The translations under genes were made by a program, and so were the position numbers. The notes under the pieces were generated by a model that saw only the letters and a program-made list of their open reading frames with translations, had not been told where the DNA came from and made no database searches. This document shows, in pieces, positions 16,708-20,000 of a DNA stretch of 20,000 nucleotides. How positions within the stretch are numbered: position 1 is the stretch's first letter; every line of letters starts with the position of its first letter. The stretch comes from an uncultured virus (IMG/VR IMGVR_UViG_3300008627_000683) (taxonomy: Duplodnaviria > Heunggongvirae > Uroviricota > Caudoviricetes): IMG/VR virus record IMGVR_UViG_3300008627_000683, positions 57,366-77,365 of that record, one strand, 5' to 3'.

Positions 16708-17277
16708 TTACTTTAATAAATTCATATGCACAACCACTAAATGTGCATAACCTACTGAGTGACTCTTTTTAAAATAATACGAATTAGGATCAGTTGGTAC
16801 TTTCCAAACTTCTTGCCCTATTTCCTTCCACGTTCTATTTGCTAGATAGCGTTTAGCAGGGCGTATTACTGCTAAAAACATTGCCATTCTAGGAATACTG
16901 TCAGGCATCATCTTCTTTATTAAATCATAATGATTGCTGATATGTATAATCTGTTCAGTATATTCTCTTTCAGCAAGTCTTTCCCACGGTGGCTCTGTAA
17001 ACATTAAATCTATTAAATGTTCTTCGCTTTGTACTTGGTTGTATATATTAACATTAAGTAAATCTAATTTAAAGTATCCTCGCTCTTCTGCGTCCTTATG
17101 ATCGAGTGAGCAAATACCTTTTACTGGGTCTGTTGGAACATCAGTAAAATAAACTCCAGTATTATGTTTTATTAGTTCATTATTGCGTATAATAGTCGCA
17201 GGAGTATGGTTTTGTAACTTTTCAAGTACTTCGTTTCTATTCGCGAAGTCTATATCAATGTCAAATTTAAGGCTCAT
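16708..17277 (-). CDS. Miniature/split C-family DNA polymerase (DnaE alpha palm/partial fingers fragment)
   Basis: 189 aa from ATG 17277 (ATGA overlap). DIDIDF, KHNTGV, GYFKLDLL, LAVIRP and YYFKKSHSVGYA occur in DnaE order. Confidence 0.85.
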   Translation of the reverse strand: MSLKFDIDIDFANRNEVLEKLQNHTPATIIRNNELIKHNTGVYFTDVPTDPVKGICSLDHKDAEERGYFKLDLLNVNIYNQVQSEEHLIDLMFTEPPWERLAEREYTEQIIHISNHYDLIKKMMPDSIPRMAMFLAVIRPAKRYLANRTWKEIGQEVWKVPTDPNSYYFKKSHSVGYAHLVVVHMNLLK

Positions 17278-17468
17278 ATTGGTTTCTTGCTCTTGGTACA
17301 ATTGGTAATGCTAACTAAATTCATAATTGGACGAACAATGTATTCATCATTACGTGATACATTTACGCCACCAGGACCACATTTATATCCTAATTTTTCA
17401 CTTAACCATAACTTATTAAACCATTTATGGTGGTGTGGGTATTTTTTATAGGCTTCCGAATCATCCAA
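17274..17468 (-). pseudogene. Short ORF, probable N-terminal fragment of a longer (ATP-grasp-like) phage protein
   Basis: 64 aa. FNKLWLSEKLGYKCGP...YIVRPIMNL resembles the start of a longer phage family (from recall); the sequence stops shortly after RPxxNL. Confidence 0.45.
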
Positions 17469-17646
17469 ATTTACTTTCCATCCATGCTATTTTATCTTTG
17501 AGGTGTAACTTTTCTTTCTTGAGTTCAGTTAACTTTGAGTGAGTTTCGCCTATGTCATTATTCTCTAGTTTCCAAATTATGTTATCTAATTCTTTATGCC
17601 GTTTCTTTAACAATTTTAAATCAAAATCTACTATATTATCTGTCAT
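17461..17646 (-). CDS. DUF465/YdcH-like coiled-coil protein
   Basis: LKKRHKELDNII...LKKEKLHLKDKI pattern; AGGAGA RBS. Confidence 0.8.
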   Translation of the reverse strand: MTDNIVDFDLKLLKKRHKELDNIIWKLENNDIGETHSKLTELKKEKLHLKDKIAWMESKFG

Positions 17647-17655
17647 CGTTTTCTC

Positions 17656-18357
17656 CTACATGGTTGCTTCACTTAAAATGTGCTTTGCCCATTCTACGTC
17701 CGCCGGAAACGCTTCGAAGCGTTTACTCCAGTATACCGGATCTATGAAGTCATTTATTAATCCTAACTGCTCGTCTGTCATTTTATCGAGCATATCCATT
17801 CCTGTATCGCTATGGTATATAACCCATGGACTTATTTTCCCATTTCTTATTAGTGCTACTGCTTTATTAAAACTTACAAATTTAAAAAAATGATTGAACG
17901 AAGAATTGTTATTATTTGCCCAATCCTCCATACTTAATATGCTACGCTCTAATGCATCTCTAGCATTTTCTGTTTTAATATATGGAAGTAAATATTCTTC
18001 ATACACAGAATCCTTACACCAATTATCTAACTTAATGTTACTTTTAATAACATAATCAATAAAGTAATCCGGATTGATTACGTTGATGTTTATAATATGT
18101 TTGCCAAACTTTACAAACGCATTATAATATTGGCTACTAGCAAAGTGCTGGTAGTCTTTAAAGTTAGCAGAACCTTGTGTTAGTTCATAAAAACGTTTAT
18201 AAGCAATGTATCCTATCTGTACATGCTTTTCGTCTTTCTGTCCGTGTCTACGTTTTTGTTCACATACATGAGCCGCTAGTGTTTTTTCTCTAGCAAAACT
18301 CCTGTTACAAAATTTACATTCATAGCCACTGTTTGATTGACTTATCGTCGTATCCAT
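17656..18357 (-). CDS. Zinc-finger (C-x2-C...H) protein in the replication cluster
   Basis: YECKFCNRSFAREKTLAAHVC resembles a C2H2/C2HC finger; followed by a helical domain. Confidence 0.7.
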   Translation of the reverse strand: MDTTISQSNSGYECKFCNRSFAREKTLAAHVCEQKRRHGQKDEKHVQIGYIAYKRFYELTQGSANFKDYQHFASSQYYNAFVKFGKHIININVINPDYFIDYVIKSNIKLDNWCKDSVYEEYLLPYIKTENARDALERSILSMEDWANNNNSSFNHFFKFVSFNKAVALIRNGKISPWVIYHSDTGMDMLDKMTDEQLGLINDFIDPVYWSKRFEAFPADVEWAKHILSEATM

Positions 18358-18787
18358 GTTCTATTGCTAATTGTTTGAGTTCCTTTTTATCGCATACTTC
18401 TGCATATGCTTCTATGTCACTAAGTTTCCACGACGTATATATTTCTTTGAGAAACCTAGTTTTCTTATTATCTTTTGTTTCTTTTTTCATTGGCAAATAC
18501 TTGCGTTTAAATGTGCCAATGCTTGGATTGATAGCACACAGTATTTTGTAAGTTAAGTCGGGATGCTTACTTACCTCCCAAAAGTTAATGTTTAGTTCAT
18601 TATTGGTTGCGCGAATCATATACTCCTGTAGATCATTGGAGCCTGTTGCACTTGCGGAATATTTAAGTTGTAAATATGGGCTAAACGCTTTCTTTTTTTC
18701 TGCGCTTAAATTCTTGTACCAGTTGTAATCCTTTTTATCTATTGCGTTAAATATTTCGCTTAATGGTAATACTGCTGGCTTAGGCAT
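18320..18787 (-). CDS. Putative clamp-loader small subunit (T4 gp62-like)
   Basis: 155-aa helical protein. IFNAID...FSPYL...N...KRKYL pattern and size resemble gp62; located in the replication cluster. Confidence 0.45.
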   Translation of the reverse strand: MPKPAVLPLSEIFNAIDKKDYNWYKNLSAEKKKAFSPYLQLKYSASATGSNDLQEYMIRATNNELNINFWEVSKHPDLTYKILCAINPSIGTFKRKYLPMKKETKDNKKTRFLKEIYTSWKLSDIEAYAEVCDKKELKQLAIEHGYDDKSIKQWL

Positions 18788-19319
18788 TCTCGAGTCCTTT
18801 TATATACTCTTTTATTGTAACATTTTCTAAGTATTTGTCAAGTTCAAATGGGCAATTATTAGCAATTCTAACAATTCTGCCTTTTCCTCTGTATCTGTTA
18901 CATACTGCTTTAATGTTATATTGTTCGATAATAAAACCGCCTGATTCTTTATTACCGCTATAATAGTTTTCTGTGTCGTTATATATATTATTTACCTTTC
19001 CACTTGTACTTTCTAAATCAAAACCAATCATATGTATTTCGTTATGTGTTCGCATTGCTATTATTAATGCAATTAATCCTGAATTCATCATTGGTTCATA
19101 TTCAGGAATATCTTCTAAATAATGCACATTTGCTACATTAACGCCACTTTGTTCAAACTCCTCACGCATTGGTGAATCAAGTATTATTAAGTGATCTGGA
19201 ATAAACTCTCTATATAAAGCATTGCATCCATAAATTTCCCACTCGTTTCTTTTAAACAAGTTTAAATCTATTTGCCTACGGCTTTCGCCATTGCCTACTA
19301 CTAATGCTTTCACCACCAT
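18780..19319 (-). CDS. Rossmann-like GT29/MptE(DUF115)-like nucleotide-binding protein
   Basis: VVGNGESR, YGCNALYR, NSGLIAL and IHMIGFD. Start at ATG 19319 or GTG 19313. Confidence 0.65.
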   Translation of the reverse strand: MVVKALVVGNGESRRQIDLNLFKRNEWEIYGCNALYREFIPDHLIILDSPMREEFEQSGVNVANVHYLEDIPEYEPMMNSGLIALIIAMRTHNEIHMIGFDLESTSGKVNNIYNDTENYYSGNKESGGFIIEQYNIKAVCNRYRGKGRIVRIANNCPFELDKYLENVTIKEYIKGLENA

Positions 19320-19591
19320 CCTGCCGCTACAACTATTCCTATTACATTTACAACGGCAAAATAACCTGTTAGTAATACCGGCCAAGCAAGTTTACGTCTG
19401 TAATATGCATAAATTCCTGTTATTGATCCTATTAAAAAGGCCGGATATACTATTAACATATTAGGATCGTCTGCTGTTAATGCCAAATTTAAACTCGCGG
19501 CTACAGTAAAAATAAAACTTACTAATTCAAAATAAAATGCTACCTTGTCACTGTAGTAAGACTCTTCCCAAAATTTTAAAATTTTACCCAT
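19310..19591 (-). CDS. Small membrane protein (about 3 TM helices)
   Basis: 93 aa from ATG 19591 with three hydrophobic segments. Confidence 0.75.
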   Translation of the reverse strand: MGKILKFWEESYYSDKVAFYFELVSFIFTVAASLNLALTADDPNMLIVYPAFLIGSITGIYAYYRRKLAWPVLLTGYFAVVNVIGIVVAAGWW

Positions 19592-20000
19592 TGCCAAATG
19601 TGCCAGAAAAGCCAAAGAAAATTCTATTTCTATTAAAGTCATCTGTAACTATATGAGAAAAATCCATCTCAAAGTTTAATGAGTTATCATCTTTCTCAAA
19701 CAAATTGAATGTTTTTTTAGTTCCATACATTTGATAGTTGTCCGTCAAGTCAAACTTTAATTCAAAATCATAACTAGTGTGTAGGTAATAGGCGCCTATA
19801 GCAATGGCGGCTATACCTATGACTGCTAGAGCAGTATCAGAATCACTATTTTTCTTCTTAGGTGCATCTTCATGGCCACAGTATGTTATGTTTCTACCAT
19901 TGCCTGTACCTACGGCACCCATAGAGCACATTAGATCACCTAATGCTTTTGCTTGTGCCGACTCACTGAATAACGAATACTCAGAAACTACTACTGGTTT
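19584..20000 (-). CDS. Hypothetical membrane-associated protein, 5' end outside the window
   Basis: The frame is open from 19584 to the window edge. One hydrophobic helix (ALAVIGIAAIAIGAYYL) is followed by alternating beta-like segments. Confidence 0.6.
   Translation of the reverse strand, partial: KPVVVSEYSLFSESAQAKALGDLMCSMGAVGTGNGRNITYCGHEDAPKKKNSDSDTALAVIGIAAIAIGAYYLHTSYDFELKFDLTDNYQMYGTKKTFNLFEKDDNSLNFEMDFSHIVTDDFNRNRIFFGFSGTFGNG

Noticed and set aside
16708..17468. Intein-, intron- or frameshift-split full-length dnaE
   Set aside because: I see no intein motifs and no adjacent PHP or GRGS-coding sequence. The missing parts are internal deletions within one ORF.
3690..17658. Stop-codon recoding, as in some jumbo phages
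   Set aside because: TAG (e.g. 3690, 13739, 17656), TGA and TAA all end genes at sensible boundaries, and coding density is high under code 11.

Overview
The window is an AT-rich, densely coding 20-kb segment of a large T4-like (jumbo-type) dsDNA phage genome. It uses the standard bacterial code and most genes are on the minus strand. Replication genes: TOPRIM primase, gp41/DnaB-type helicase, a probable gp62-like clamp-loader subunit and a 189-aa miniature/split DnaE-type polymerase. Late/virion genes are preceded by T4-like TAAATA boxes; two small Ala/Gly-rich genes also have strong RBSs and terminators. Single accessory enzyme genes (B12-radical SAM, a second radical SAM, SGNH-like, P-loop and GT/MptE-like) sit between the core genes. 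Most notable: (1) a ~110-nt leader with periodic AGGC motifs in front of a holin-like coiled-coil/TM gene; (2) the palm-centred mini C-family polymerase; (3) eight unrelated proteins, among them a GNAT, an RNA-ligase-like nucleotidyltransferase and a PD-(D/E)XK-like nuclease, sharing an N-terminal motif resembling the T4 capsid-targeting sequence; (4) promoters placed to give leaderless mRNAs; (5) an in-frame tandem array of palindromes. I saw no tRNA, rRNA, CRISPR array or integrase. All family assignments come from motif recognition by eye, not database searches.
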